The position numbers and the translations under genes were made by a program. DNA of 64,000 nt from a virus, in IMG/VR virus record IMGVR_UViG_3300017917_002228, positions 64,001 to 128,000 of that record. One strand, given 5' to 3'. Numbering within the stretch: position 1 is the first letter of the stretch; the number at the start of each line of letters is the position of its first letter. Shown one piece after another: positions 46,742 through 55,773 of the stretch. The notes beneath the pieces were generated by a model, which had not been told where the DNA came from, searched no databases, and was given only the letters and a program-made list of their open reading frames with translations.

Positions 46742-47087
46742 GTGGCCAGCCATTATAGGCGCTGTATTAGTAGGGTTGCTAGCTCTTTGGGGCTACCTTG
46801 CTATTCGCGACTATAATACTGAACAAAGAGCACTTGCTGAGTTTAATCGTAAACAGCTTGAACAAGTAGTTCAACAACAGCAGCAATATATCAAACAGCT
46901 TGAGCAAATAGGTGAAATGCAAAGAGAACTATCTAAGTCTCTACAAGCAAAAAACGATGAGCTCAATAGTAAGATTGATAATATACAGAAAGAACTAGAA
47001 GTTAAAGCTCCTGGTGCTCAAAATCAATCATCACCTTATTTAAAAGAAACTATCAATCAGCTTAATAAAACATTTGGTCCTAAATGA
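46716..47087 (+). CDS. Putative i-spanin (Rz-like)
   Basis: N-terminal TM helix plus long coiled coil, adjacent to a lipoprotein gene. Confidence 0.7.
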   Translation: MLTLLGPYKWPAIIGAVLVGLLALWGYLAIRDYNTEQRALAEFNRKQLEQVVQQQQQYIKQLEQIGEMQRELSKSLQAKNDELNSKIDNIQKELEVKAPGAQNQSSPYLKETINQLNKTFGPK

Positions 47088-47359
47088 AAAAGCTACTATT
47101 ATTATCAGTCTTAGTACTAGCTGGATGTCAGAGCTCACAGGTTGTGACTGCTCCTGAGGTAAAAACTATTTCTATTCCAGAAGAATATTTTGACTGTCCT
47201 GTGATTAAAAGCTTTCCTAAAGCTGATACACTTACAGATGCACAAGTATCTAATCTTCTTATTACAGCTATTCGTAATAATCGTAGGTGTAAGAACTCTC
47301 TTGACGCAATCAAAGAATATCAAGATAGTGTAAATCAGACACTAAAAACAGTTGATTAA
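47084..47359 (+). CDS. Putative o-spanin lipoprotein (Rz1-like)
   Basis: Lipobox LAGC, Pro-rich segment, further Cys residues. Confidence 0.75.
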   Translation: MKKLLLLSVLVLAGCQSSQVVTAPEVKTISIPEEYFDCPVIKSFPKADTLTDAQVSNLLITAIRNNRRCKNSLDAIKEYQDSVNQTLKTVD

Positions 47360-47379
47360 TTCTCTCATTCAGCTATAAT
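47352..47379 (+). promoter_or_regulatory. Sigma70-like promoter TTGATT-N16-TATAAT
   Basis: CAGTTG / GCTATAAT pattern upstream of the primase gene. Confidence 0.7.
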
Positions 47380-47411
47380 AACTCTGTTCTAATCAAATAG
47401 GTTATATTGTT

Positions 47412-48449
47412 ATGAATGCTGTGTGGATCGATCAGAAGTATGCGTCATTGCTTAGCTCACAACTAGAGCAATTTAAAGTAATAAAACACTCTCCTTATAA
47501 TGCCCGCTTTAGATGTCCCATATGTGGTGACTCTGCTACTAACAAGTTTAAGACGCGTGGCTATTTCTATCAGATAAAAGATCATATTAACGTTAAGTGC
47601 CATAACTGTGGTTATAGCTCTACACTTAAGACGTTTCTTAAGACGCTTAATCCTGGCCTTTACACGGAATATAGACTAGAATGTTTGAAAGAGTCTGGTG
47701 AAGAAGAGAAGCCAGAGAAGTTTGTATCAGATATTACTAAGTTTGCTACTAAGCGTGTAGATCACTTTGAACCCTTTAAAGAGCTGAAAAAAATATCTCA
47801 GCTACCATGGGATCATCCTGCAAAAACATATGTTACCCAAAGAAAAATACCATCTAACACGCACTATCGAATATACTATGCAGCTACATATTGTCACTGG
47901 GTGAATCAAATCCTACCTGGTAAGTTTAGCGAAAAATCTCTCGCTCTAGACGAGCCACGAATCGTGTTACCTTTCATTGACACGAACGGATATGTATTTG
48001 GTTTTACCGGTCGCGCTATTCGTAAGTCAACAAGCTTACGATACTCCACAATTATGTTAGATAATAATAAGGAAAAGGTTTTCGGTCTCGATACAATTGA
48101 CAGTAATAAAACTGTTTACTTAGTAGAGGGACCGATCGATAGCCTTTTCCTTTCTAATTGTGTTGCGATGGCTGGTTCTGATGTTAAGTTTGAGAATATT
48201 GCAACGCAAGATAAACTGGTAGTAGTATACGATAATGAACCACGTAACAGCGAAATTGTTAAAAAGATTGAAAAGGCAATTGATCAAGGTTACAAAGTCT
48301 GTATATGGCCAGATGATATTCAACACAAAGATATTAACGACATGGTTGCTTCAGAACTTAGCGGTGCTGAAGTGCAGCATATTATTGATCAAAATACCTA
48401 CCAGGGGTTAGCTGCTAAGCTAAGATTACAATCATGGAAAAAGATTTAA
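47412..48449 (+). CDS. 61: DNA primase gp61
   Basis: RCPICGDS, KCHNCG zinc ribbon; VEGPIDS, YDNEPR, KDIND TOPRIM motifs. Confidence 0.96.
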   Translation: MNAVWIDQKYASLLSSQLEQFKVIKHSPYNARFRCPICGDSATNKFKTRGYFYQIKDHINVKCHNCGYSSTLKTFLKTLNPGLYTEYRLECLKESGEEEKPEKFVSDITKFATKRVDHFEPFKELKKISQLPWDHPAKTYVTQRKIPSNTHYRIYYAATYCHWVNQILPGKFSEKSLALDEPRIVLPFIDTNGYVFGFTGRAIRKSTSLRYSTIMLDNNKEKVFGLDTIDSNKTVYLVEGPIDSLFLSNCVAMAGSDVKFENIATQDKLVVVYDNEPRNSEIVKKIEKAIDQGYKVCIWPDDIQHKDINDMVASELSGAEVQHIIDQNTYQGLAAKLRLQSWKKI

Positions 48450-48640
48450 GTTATGTGACTGAAGTGCAATATGATGGTATAACTGGTGAATATTATATTG
48501 AATTGAAGCGCGAGATGTTACAAGCACTTGAATGGCGCGTTGGTGATGATTTAGAGTGGTTGACCGTTGGTGATACGTATATGTTAGTAAACAAAAGTAA
48601 AGAAGAACGAGATAGAGGCAATAATGACGACAGCTTATAA
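48434..48640 (+). CDS. AbrB/SpoVT-like small protein
   Basis: GEYYIEL..EML..L.W..GD.LEW. Confidence 0.6.
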   Translation: MEKDLSYVTEVQYDGITGEYYIELKREMLQALEWRVGDDLEWLTVGDTYMLVNKSKEERDRGNNDDSL

Positions 48641-50837
48641 AGATACAAAAAAACTATTATCCGACGCAAAGTTCTATGAGGGGTATGCTAGATTTGTAGA
48701 CGAAGAAAAACGATTTGAGACTTGGTCAGAAGCTGTCGATCGTGTTATGAAAATGCATATCGGTTTTTATGCCGATAAAATGTCTACCAAGTTGATGGAT
48801 GCAATCAACGATGCTACCAAAGCATATAAGCAAAAGCTAGTACTCGGCGCCCAGCGTGCATTGCAGTTCGGTGGTGACCAATTACTCAAGCATCAAATGA
48901 AGATGTATAATTGCACTTCTTCTTATGCAGACCGCCCTGCATTTTTTGGTGAGATTTTTTATATTCTTCTCTGCGGTGCTGGTGCTGGTTTTTCAGTTCA
49001 AAAGCATCACATTGAAAAGTTACCAAAGATTGCACCACGTACAAAAGCTCCTAAGACCCACCTCGTAGAAGATTCTATTGAGGGTTGGGCTACGGCTCTG
49101 GATGTTCTTATGTCATCTTTCTTTGAAGATGGTGGTAAGTATCCAGATTATAAAGGCCGTAAAGTTTATTTTGATCTTAGCCAAATTCGTCCGAAGGGTG
49201 CTAAGATCTCCGGAGGGTTTAAAGCACCAGGCTCAGAACCTCTTCGTCGTTCACTGGACCGTATTGAGTATATTTTGACCGGTCTTACTATCCATGAAAA
49301 AACTGTAGCTTTGAGGCCTATTCATGTTTATGATATTGTTATGCATGCTGCTGATGCTGTACTTTCTGGTGGTGTTCGTCGCAGTGCTACTATTTGTCTG
49401 TTCTCAGCAGACGACGACGAAATGGCTATGGCTAAAACTGGCGATTGGTGGACAACTAACCCTCAGCGTGGCCGCTCTAACAACAGTGCTGTTATTGTAC
49501 GTAATGAAATTACAAGGGATCAGTTTGCCTCCCTTATGAACAGCATTAAGCAGTTTGGTGAACCAGGCTTCTTCTTTGTTGATCATAAAGACATTACAAC
49601 TAATCCATGCGTTGAGATTGGTATGTGGCCTCAGATTGATGGACGATCTGGATGGCAGGGTTGTAACTTGACTGAAATTAATGGCGGGATGTGTGATGAC
49701 GAAGAAACTTTCTATAGGGCTTGTCGCGCTGCTGCTGTTCTTGGAACACTACAGGCAGGCTATACAAATTTCACCTTTCTATCCGACACAACTAAAGCAA
49801 TCTTTGATCGTGAAGCACTTCTAGGTGTATCGATCACTGGTTGGATGAACAATCCTAAGACTCTTTTTGATGCTGCTATTTTGGAAAAAGGTGCTGAGAT
49901 TGTAAAGCAAACCAATAAAGAAATTGCTGAACTGATCGGTATTAATCCAGCAGCAAGAACAACATGTGTTAAACCATCAGGTAATGCATCTGTTCTTCTC
50001 ATGACTGCTTCAGGTATTCATGCCGATCACTCACCGATGTATATTCGTAACATTCAGCTTAATAAAGAGACTGAAGTTGCTAAACTCATCAAGCGTATTA
50101 ATCCTAATATGGTTGAAGAGTCTGCTTGGTCAGCTGGTAAGACAGACTATGTTGTCTCTTTCCCAGTTGTATCTAAGACTGGTTCTATCTTTAAAGATGA
50201 ACTCATTGGTGTTAAGCATCTTGACCTTATTAAGAAGGCTCAAGAGCATTGGGTCAATGCTGGTACTAATGTTGATCGCTGTTCACATCCTGGTATTCGT
50301 CATAACGTATCTAATACGGTTATTGTTGATAATTGGGATGAGATTGAAGAGTATGTATTTGCAAATAAAGAATACTTTGCTGGCATCTCATTCCTTCCTA
50401 TGACCGGTGATAAGGATTATTTCCAAGCGCCTAATACACAGGTCTTAAAAGCATCCGAGTTGACCGAGAAGTATGGTGCTGGTGCTATTATGGCAGCTGG
50501 TTTGGTTGTTGAAGCTCTTAAGTGCTTTGATAATCTCTGGATTGCTTGTATGACAGCTCACGGCTACGGTGAAGATCTATCTGCAGACAATCACACTAAT
50601 ACCATGAAGAAAGACTGGGTCAGACGCTTTAATAAGTTTGCCCAGAACTATTTTGATGGTGATGTCAAGAAGACTGAATACTGCTTCAAGGATGTTTACC
50701 TGCTACATAAATGGGAGAAGATCCAACAAAGCATTCAAGACATCAAATGGGATGAAGAGTTGAAGGAAGTTAGATTCGTAGATGTCGATACATTAGGCGC
50801 TGCAGCTTGTGTAGGTGGTGGATGCGAACTATTCTAA
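48624..50837 (+). CDS. nrdJ: Class II (adenosylcobalamin-dependent) ribonucleotide reductase
   Basis: YNC, GGVRRSA, TNPCVEI, CNLTE, TCVKPSG, C-terminal ACVGGGCE; no adjacent nrdB. Confidence 0.88.
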   Translation: MTTAYKDTKKLLSDAKFYEGYARFVDEEKRFETWSEAVDRVMKMHIGFYADKMSTKLMDAINDATKAYKQKLVLGAQRALQFGGDQLLKHQMKMYNCTSSYADRPAFFGEIFYILLCGAGAGFSVQKHHIEKLPKIAPRTKAPKTHLVEDSIEGWATALDVLMSSFFEDGGKYPDYKGRKVYFDLSQIRPKGAKISGGFKAPGSEPLRRSLDRIEYILTGLTIHEKTVALRPIHVYDIVMHAADAVLSGGVRRSATICLFSADDDEMAMAKTGDWWTTNPQRGRSNNSAVIVRNEITRDQFASLMNSIKQFGEPGFFFVDHKDITTNPCVEIGMWPQIDGRSGWQGCNLTEINGGMCDDEETFYRACRAAAVLGTLQAGYTNFTFLSDTTKAIFDREALLGVSITGWMNNPKTLFDAAILEKGAEIVKQTNKEIAELIGINPAARTTCVKPSGNASVLLMTASGIHADHSPMYIRNIQLNKETEVAKLIKRINPNMVEESAWSAGKTDYVVSFPVVSKTGSIFKDELIGVKHLDLIKKAQEHWVNAGTNVDRCSHPGIRHNVSNTVIVDNWDEIEEYVFANKEYFAGISFLPMTGDKDYFQAPNTQVLKASELTEKYGAGAIMAAGLVVEALKCFDNLWIACMTAHGYGEDLSADNHTNTMKKDWVRRFNKFAQNYFDGDVKKTEYCFKDVYLLHKWEKIQQSIQDIKWDEELKEVRFVDVDTLGAAACVGGGCELF

Positions 50838-50998
50838 CACCTTGTAGTGATAACTGTCTGCTAGACGTCTACACCCAGGTTTGTGAAGGGTGTGGACGTA
50901 CAGCAGAAGACATCTATAAGTGGTCTTCTTATACTAATGAAAAACGTAAAGAGATTATGAAGGAGTTAAAGAAGAAGAGAAATCAGTCTTCTTTATGA
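50822..50998 (+). CDS. DUF1289-like small Cys protein
   Basis: TPC..C......CEGCGRT..DI..W. Confidence 0.7.
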   Translation: MRTILTPCSDNCLLDVYTQVCEGCGRTAEDIYKWSSYTNEKRKEIMKELKKKRNQSSL

Positions 50999-51624
50999 GG
51001 TATCATATGGTGAAGAGTGTAAGAACTATGTTCGTGCTTAACCTCTTCACTGCCTACATGTTTCCACTTTTGGCCATGAGCTAGAATATATTCATGCTCT
51101 GGATCCATAGTTACCTGAGATCTATTTAAACCATCAGCATAGATGCCGTGTTTAGATCCTTTAGCTAAATGAAAATGAATAACATGACCACCGTGTGCTT
51201 TACCGCTAAATTCGGCTGCATGTTGTGGATTTAAAGATGTAGATGTATAATTTTTATTCATCCATACTTTATCGTGAGTATCTTTTCTAGGATCAACAGA
51301 TACACCATGATAAACGTGAACTGAACTATTTAATGGTTTTGTTTTAGTAATAGCATGATCTAATCTTATTCTAGTTCTATCATTTTTAGTAGAAAGAACT
51401 TCACTAGGATGTTTACCTTCATTATAAGCTTTTCTTATCTGCTTATTAATATTCTTACTATCATCGGTATAGTGTTGTAATGCACCAATATGATTACCGG
51501 TAAAGTCTTTAGGGTCAACTGATTTAGATAACACCTGATGTGCTTTAGTTAGATATTTTTCTTTTGCTAATATATCTAAACGTCTTATATTAGCGTTTTC
51601 TAAAAACATTTTAAACGTAATCAT
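50983..51624 (-). CDS. ADP-ribosyltransferase (VIP2/Alt-like)
   Basis: YT..S..IN..R, VYHG, YTSTS, EHEYIL; MITFKMFLE leader; own late promoter. Confidence 0.82.
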   Translation of the reverse strand: MITFKMFLENANIRRLDILAKEKYLTKAHQVLSKSVDPKDFTGNHIGALQHYTDDSKNINKQIRKAYNEGKHPSEVLSTKNDRTRIRLDHAITKTKPLNSSVHVYHGVSVDPRKDTHDKVWMNKNYTSTSLNPQHAAEFSGKAHGGHVIHFHLAKGSKHGIYADGLNRSQVTMDPEHEYILAHGQKWKHVGSEEVKHEHSSYTLHHMIPHKED

Positions 51625-51643
51625 TCTAATCTCCGTTTAAAAA

Positions 51644-51651
51644 TATTTATA
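51644..51651 (-). promoter_or_regulatory. Late promoter TATAAATA for the ART gene
   Basis: Exact consensus on the minus strand, followed by SD GGAG. Confidence 0.75.
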
Positions 51652-51685
51652 TATATTTGTGATCCACTAATAAAAGAGGATGTAA

Positions 51686-51922
51686 ATGGACTGGGAAGAA
51701 GTAGTACAAATAATTTCTGATTCTGTAAAAGAGCATGAAGTGCGTAGAGCAATCTATAAGAGAATGCTAGAAACACTTGCTGATGATGAACGTGATATTA
51801 AAGCAGCCTTAGAAATTGATACCGTATTCGATGAAGAGGCTGAAGAATATATCGATTTAGAAGCTTATGATCATGATCTATTTGAAGATGAAGCTTACGA
51901 CTACGATCAAGAAGATGAATAA
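51686..51922 (+). CDS. Acidic hypothetical protein
   Basis: SD GAGGA. Confidence 0.7.
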   Translation: MDWEEVVQIISDSVKEHEVRRAIYKRMLETLADDERDIKAALEIDTVFDEEAEEYIDLEAYDHDLFEDEAYDYDQEDE

Positions 51923-51930
51923 ATATCTTC

Positions 51931-52479
51931 ATGAGAGTAATAGGAATAGATTATAGTTTAACATCTCCGAGTATCTGTGTTTATGACTTAAGCGATGAGT
52001 TTAAGTTAGATAGTTGCAAGTTTTACTATCTAACATCAAATAAGAAGCTTGACATAGACACAGATAACATCCATGGTGATCTTCATACTGATTATAAGTC
52101 AAATGAAGAGAGATATTATAATATCACCAAATGGGTAATGGATAAGTTACAAGAAGACGATAAAGTCTTTATTGAAGGTTATTCATTAGGTTCTACAGGA
52201 ATGGTATTTAACATTGCTGAGAACTGCGGACTGTTAAAACACTATTTGTGGAAAAATAACTATTCATATGAAATTATACCTCCTACCGTTATCAAGAAAT
52301 TTGCTACTGGTAAGGGGAATGCTAACAAAGAAAAAATGCAAGATGCATTTATAAATGAAACAGGATATGATGTGAAGAAGAGATTGAATTTGACTGATAA
52401 GCAGTGGAATCCATCTTCTGATATTATTGACAGTTTCTTTATTTGCAAGTATGGAGTAAAATATGTTACAGAAACTTAA
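51931..52479 (+). CDS. RuvC-like Holliday junction resolvase
   Basis: IGIDYS, IEGYS, KKFATGKGNA.K, D..DS. Confidence 0.85.
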   Translation: MRVIGIDYSLTSPSICVYDLSDEFKLDSCKFYYLTSNKKLDIDTDNIHGDLHTDYKSNEERYYNITKWVMDKLQEDDKVFIEGYSLGSTGMVFNIAENCGLLKHYLWKNNYSYEIIPPTVIKKFATGKGNANKEKMQDAFINETGYDVKKRLNLTDKQWNPSSDIIDSFFICKYGVKYVTET

Positions 52480-52657
52480 AGCAGTCTGGGACAAAATTGT
52501 ACATTTCTTTGTCGGTGATTCTGGAACTCAGGTTGTTGTGACTGCTAAGGTCAAGAAACCAAGAGCAACAAAAGGCGCTAAAAAGCCTGCTGCTAAGCCA
52601 GAAAAGCCAGCTAAGGAAGTAAAGAGTGTCAGAACAACAAAGAAAACTTCTAAGTAA
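52463..52657 (+). CDS. Small Lys/Ala-rich protein
   Basis: SD GGAG; histone-H1-like basic tail. Confidence 0.6.
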   Translation: MLQKLKAVWDKIVHFFVGDSGTQVVVTAKVKKPRATKGAKKPAAKPEKPAKEVKSVRTTKKTSK

Positions 52658-52853
52658 TACTATAGCTGTACAAGAGATGGGCCTCCCTATATTACACGGG
52701 GAGTGCCCACATTGTAAAAGAGGAAACAGATCACTAGTAATAGTTGATTTCGTTCCTAATAAAAAGCATAATACTGAGAGTACAATGTATATACAATGCA
52801 TTGCATGTTCTGGATTATTTCAATCTAAAGTGAAACACGTAGCTCAGGAATAG
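52626..52853 (+). CDS. Zinc-ribbon protein (start uncertain)
   Basis: CPHC ... CIAC. Confidence 0.55.
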   Translation: MSEQQRKLLSNTIAVQEMGLPILHGECPHCKRGNRSLVIVDFVPNKKHNTESTMYIQCIACSGLFQSKVKHVAQE

Positions 52854-52856
52854 ATC

Positions 52857-53132
52857 ATGGCTAAGAAAAAAATCCGCTCAAAGTATACCTCTAAAGGTCA
52901 ACGTGCTAATTCCAGTGAAGAGCTTTCGAAAGCTGTTCGTCGTGATATTGCATACCTTGATCGTCTTACTAATCAGCTCAAAGCCTGGTCAAGAGGTCGT
53001 AAGACTATGGTGACGATCGAAAATCCAAATCCAAATGAAACAAACAAGCGCTTTATTAAGGTCGAAGGAAACGTATTCTTTGGTCCGTGGAAGCGTACAG
53101 GCGACGTAATGGGTAAGAATTCTAATGATTGA
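52857..53132 (+). CDS. Conserved T4-like basic hypothetical protein
   Basis: SKGQR ... AW..G...VTIENPNPNETNKRFIKV. Confidence 0.8.
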   Translation: MAKKKIRSKYTSKGQRANSSEELSKAVRRDIAYLDRLTNQLKAWSRGRKTMVTIENPNPNETNKRFIKVEGNVFFGPWKRTGDVMGKNSND

Positions 53133-53373
53133 AGTATACGGGAAACCTGATTGTGGCTACTGCATCAAAGCAAAAAACATCCTCAAAGAACACGAAATCC
53201 CGTTTAAGTATTACACCGTGGGTCAAGATATTGATGTCGGATCAGTCCTTGAAAGATTCCCTGGTGCTCGTACTGTTCCTATTATCGTTGTCAACGGTAA
53301 TTGGATTGGTGGCTATGATGATTTAAAAGAACATTTAGAGGATACTAGTAATGGATTCGGTGATGATTTCTAA
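53125..53373 (+). CDS. nrdC: Glutaredoxin
   Basis: CGYC, TVP, IGGY.DL. Confidence 0.93.
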   Translation: MIEVYGKPDCGYCIKAKNILKEHEIPFKYYTVGQDIDVGSVLERFPGARTVPIIVVNGNWIGGYDDLKEHLEDTSNGFGDDF

Positions 53374-53605
53374 AGGTGAATTGGTTGAAATGCTGCACGA
53401 AGGTGTTATCAGTGTAGCGTTTGAAAAGACTGATGGTACAATGCGCACTATGCGTTGTACTCTACGTGAAGACTATATTACTTCTCATGAAAAGAAGACT
53501 GATCGTACTAAGAAGTCTAATGAAGAAGTTCTTCCAGTATGGGATTTAGACGCTAATAGTTGGCGTTCATTCAGAGTATCTTCAGTTAAAGACGTTTATA
53601 AATAA
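53363..53605 (+). CDS. WYL_2/SH3-fold conserved phage protein
   Basis: F.K.DGT.R.MRCTL ... VWD.D...WRSFR. Confidence 0.8.
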   Translation: MISKGELVEMLHEGVISVAFEKTDGTMRTMRCTLREDYITSHEKKTDRTKKSNEEVLPVWDLDANSWRSFRVSSVKDVYK

Positions 53606-53624
53606 TACAACGTAAACGTTTTCA

Positions 53625-53966
53625 ATGGAAATTACAATGTCTGAACCAACATTCTCTGCACCAGTAATGGCAAAAATCATTGCTGGGCTCGGCGGATTAG
53701 TAGGTGGGACTTTGTTTATGGCATTCTATAGACCAAAGAACGTCTGGGATGCAGCTGTTAGATCCAGTGTTAGCACAACAATGGCTATCATTGGATCAGC
53801 CCCTCTTCTAAATTATCTTAATCTTTCTTTAAAAACAGATAATATCATAGCTGCAGCTGTATTCATTGGCTTTATATCATGGTCATGTATATCATTATTA
53901 GCTAAGCTTCTATTAAAAGCACATGATGATAAGGTAAAATGGAAAATACCTTTCATTGAAAAATAA
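53625..53966 (+). CDS. Three-TM membrane protein, holin candidate
   Basis: Three hydrophobic segments, basic C-terminus, TATAAATA late promoter at 53597. Confidence 0.55.
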   Translation: MEITMSEPTFSAPVMAKIIAGLGGLVGGTLFMAFYRPKNVWDAAVRSSVSTTMAIIGSAPLLNYLNLSLKTDNIIAAAVFIGFISWSCISLLAKLLLKAHDDKVKWKIPFIEK

Positions 53967-53987
53967 TTAACAACGTGAGATTTTGTT

Positions 53988-54965
53988 ATGGAAAAGAATG
54001 AGTTGAATAAAAACGCCCGTGGCGGTACTGAGCTTATGCAAGAACGTCTGCATAAGTCACTTCCTTCTGAACTGTTAGAGCAGTTTCAGATTATTCCATC
54101 TCGCGTTAGAGAATTAGAACCTAACAAGAAGCATATTCTTTGGCTTCACGATCTTCCTCAAGATCCAGAATCAGCACACTTATCAGATATAGCATCTAGA
54201 GCACGTTTTAGTCGCATTGTGTGTGTATCTGATTGGCAAATGCAGATGTATAACTTGATTGCTGGTGTTCCTTATAACGAATGTGCTGTTATTAAGAACG
54301 CCATCTATCCAATCCCAGTAGAATCTAAACCGTATGATGGTACAGTTCGTCTCATCTATCACACTACTCCTCATCGTGGTCTAGAGATTCTAGTACCAGT
54401 CTTTGAAGAGCTGTGCAAGATGCATGATAATATTCATCTTGACGTTTATTCAAGCTTTAAAATTTACGGATGGGAAGAGCGTGATCAGCAGTATGCTGAC
54501 TTAATTGAACGCTGCAAGAATCATCCTAACATTACCTATCATGGATCAGTATCGAATGAAGAAGTAAGAGAAGCTCTTACAAAGAGCCATATCTTTGCTT
54601 ACCCTTGCATTTGGCCTGAGACGTCTTGCTTGGCTGTTATTGAAGCGATGTCTGCAATGAATTTGGTAGTGTGTCCTAATTTTGCTGCACTACCAGAAAC
54701 GTGCGCAAACTTTGCAATGATGTATCCGTTTAGAGAAAATAAAAACGTGCATGCAGTTCAATTTGCACACACGTTGAATAATGCTATCGATACTGTTAAA
54801 AATTATTACGACACAGTTAAGCCGCTCCTTGTGTTCCAGAAGCAGTACTTTGACTACTTCTACAACTGGGAACGGCGTAAGTTAGAATGGCAGTATTTGT
54901 TAGAGTCGCTAGTACCAGCAGCTGAGAGTACTGATATGGGAGAGTTACCCGCCGTTGGCGAGTAA
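53988..54965 (+). CDS. GT-B (GT4-like) glycosyltransferase
   Basis: GGTE, WLHD, VSDWQ, TPHRGL, ETSCLAVIEAM. Confidence 0.88.
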   Translation: MEKNELNKNARGGTELMQERLHKSLPSELLEQFQIIPSRVRELEPNKKHILWLHDLPQDPESAHLSDIASRARFSRIVCVSDWQMQMYNLIAGVPYNECAVIKNAIYPIPVESKPYDGTVRLIYHTTPHRGLEILVPVFEELCKMHDNIHLDVYSSFKIYGWEERDQQYADLIERCKNHPNITYHGSVSNEEVREALTKSHIFAYPCIWPETSCLAVIEAMSAMNLVVCPNFAALPETCANFAMMYPFRENKNVHAVQFAHTLNNAIDTVKNYYDTVKPLLVFQKQYFDYFYNWERRKLEWQYLLESLVPAAESTDMGELPAVGE

Positions 54966-55343
54966 GTCTTTCTTGAGAGACTCAACAGCCCATTTGCCGA
55001 GCTCGGTAAACAAAATACCGCGCTCCCAAACCCAATGCTCAATATCCTGTCCATGTTGAAACTCCTCAATAGGAGTCATCCAGCGAAGAGCTGTCTCTCT
55101 ATCACAGCCCTTGCCTACTTTCATAATTTCAGTGAGCTCACGCTCAAACTCTGCAACAGCTTCTGCTTCAATACGCTGATCTTCTTGCCAACGATATTCG
55201 AGTTCAACAGCAAGACCATCCCAGATCTTCTGCTTTCGAGCATCATCAGCCTTATTCCACATATACCAGAAGTCCTCACGAGGACGCCAGCCACGAGCAT
55301 CTTTGTGAAGATCTGAAATAATGCTCTCATCGAATGTGTACAT
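54945..55343 (-). CDS. Early hypothetical protein (MYTFDESIISDLHKDARGWRPR...)
   Basis: SD AAGGAGAG; minus-strand early promoter 55367-55395. Confidence 0.75.
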   Translation of the reverse strand: MYTFDESIISDLHKDARGWRPREDFWYMWNKADDARKQKIWDGLAVELEYRWQEDQRIEAEAVAEFERELTEIMKVGKGCDRETALRWMTPIEEFQHGQDIEHWVWERGILFTELGKWAVESLKKDLLANGG

Positions 55344-55366
55344 ATCATCTCTCCTTATCATAACAT

Positions 55367-55506
55367 ATAATATGATATGCTCAAAATTAGTGCAACTGTT
55401 TTTATAAAAAAACTAACCCATTGAAATCATTGAGTTTTTTAGATTTAAACTGTTGAAAAACGTGTATTTTTACGTAGTTGCACTAATTTCATAGATATGC
55501 TATGAT
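55367..55506. promoter_or_regulatory. Divergent early promoter pair (minus 55367-55395 TTGCAC-N17-TATTAT; plus 55478-55506 TTGCAC-N17-TATGAT) with IHF-like sites at 55414 and 55446
   Basis: Both promoters share AGTTGCACTAATTT; TAACCCATTGAAATCATTGA lies between them. Confidence 0.75.
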
Positions 55507-55534
55507 ATATGTCTAGGTAGCTATGGAGAGTAAA

Positions 55535-55717
55535 ATGTTTAACAACTACTTCACAAACTACTTCTCAAACTTCAAAAATGCACTAACAGACTACTACAAC
55601 GATCCTTTCTTTCCTCTCTCAGAAGAAAAATGGTATAAAAAACCAGTAGTAGTAGTAGATGGTTTCTTTTACATACTCCTCAACAAAAAAGAAACCAGAG
55701 ATATCTATAACGATTAA
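55535..55717 (+). CDS. Small G-depleted early protein (60 aa, MFNNYFTNY...)
   Basis: SD GGAGAG, own promoter and downstream hairpin. Confidence 0.55.
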   Translation: MFNNYFTNYFSNFKNALTDYYNDPFFPLSEEKWYKKPVVVVDGFFYILLNKKETRDIYND

Positions 55718-55729
55718 TCATATAATAAT

Positions 55730-55756
55730 AGAGAGGGATAATACCCTCTCTTCCTT
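55730..55756 (+). terminator. Hairpin AGAGAGGG-ATAATA-CCCTCTCT with pyrimidine tail
   Basis: 8 bp stem just after the mini-gene. Confidence 0.6.
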
Positions 55757-55773
55757 CCTCTATAGGGTGTACT

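Noticed and set aside
48624-50837. Intein or group I intron in the RNR or primase
   Set aside because: ORFs are continuous, of ordinary size, and show no splicing or homing-endonuclease motifs
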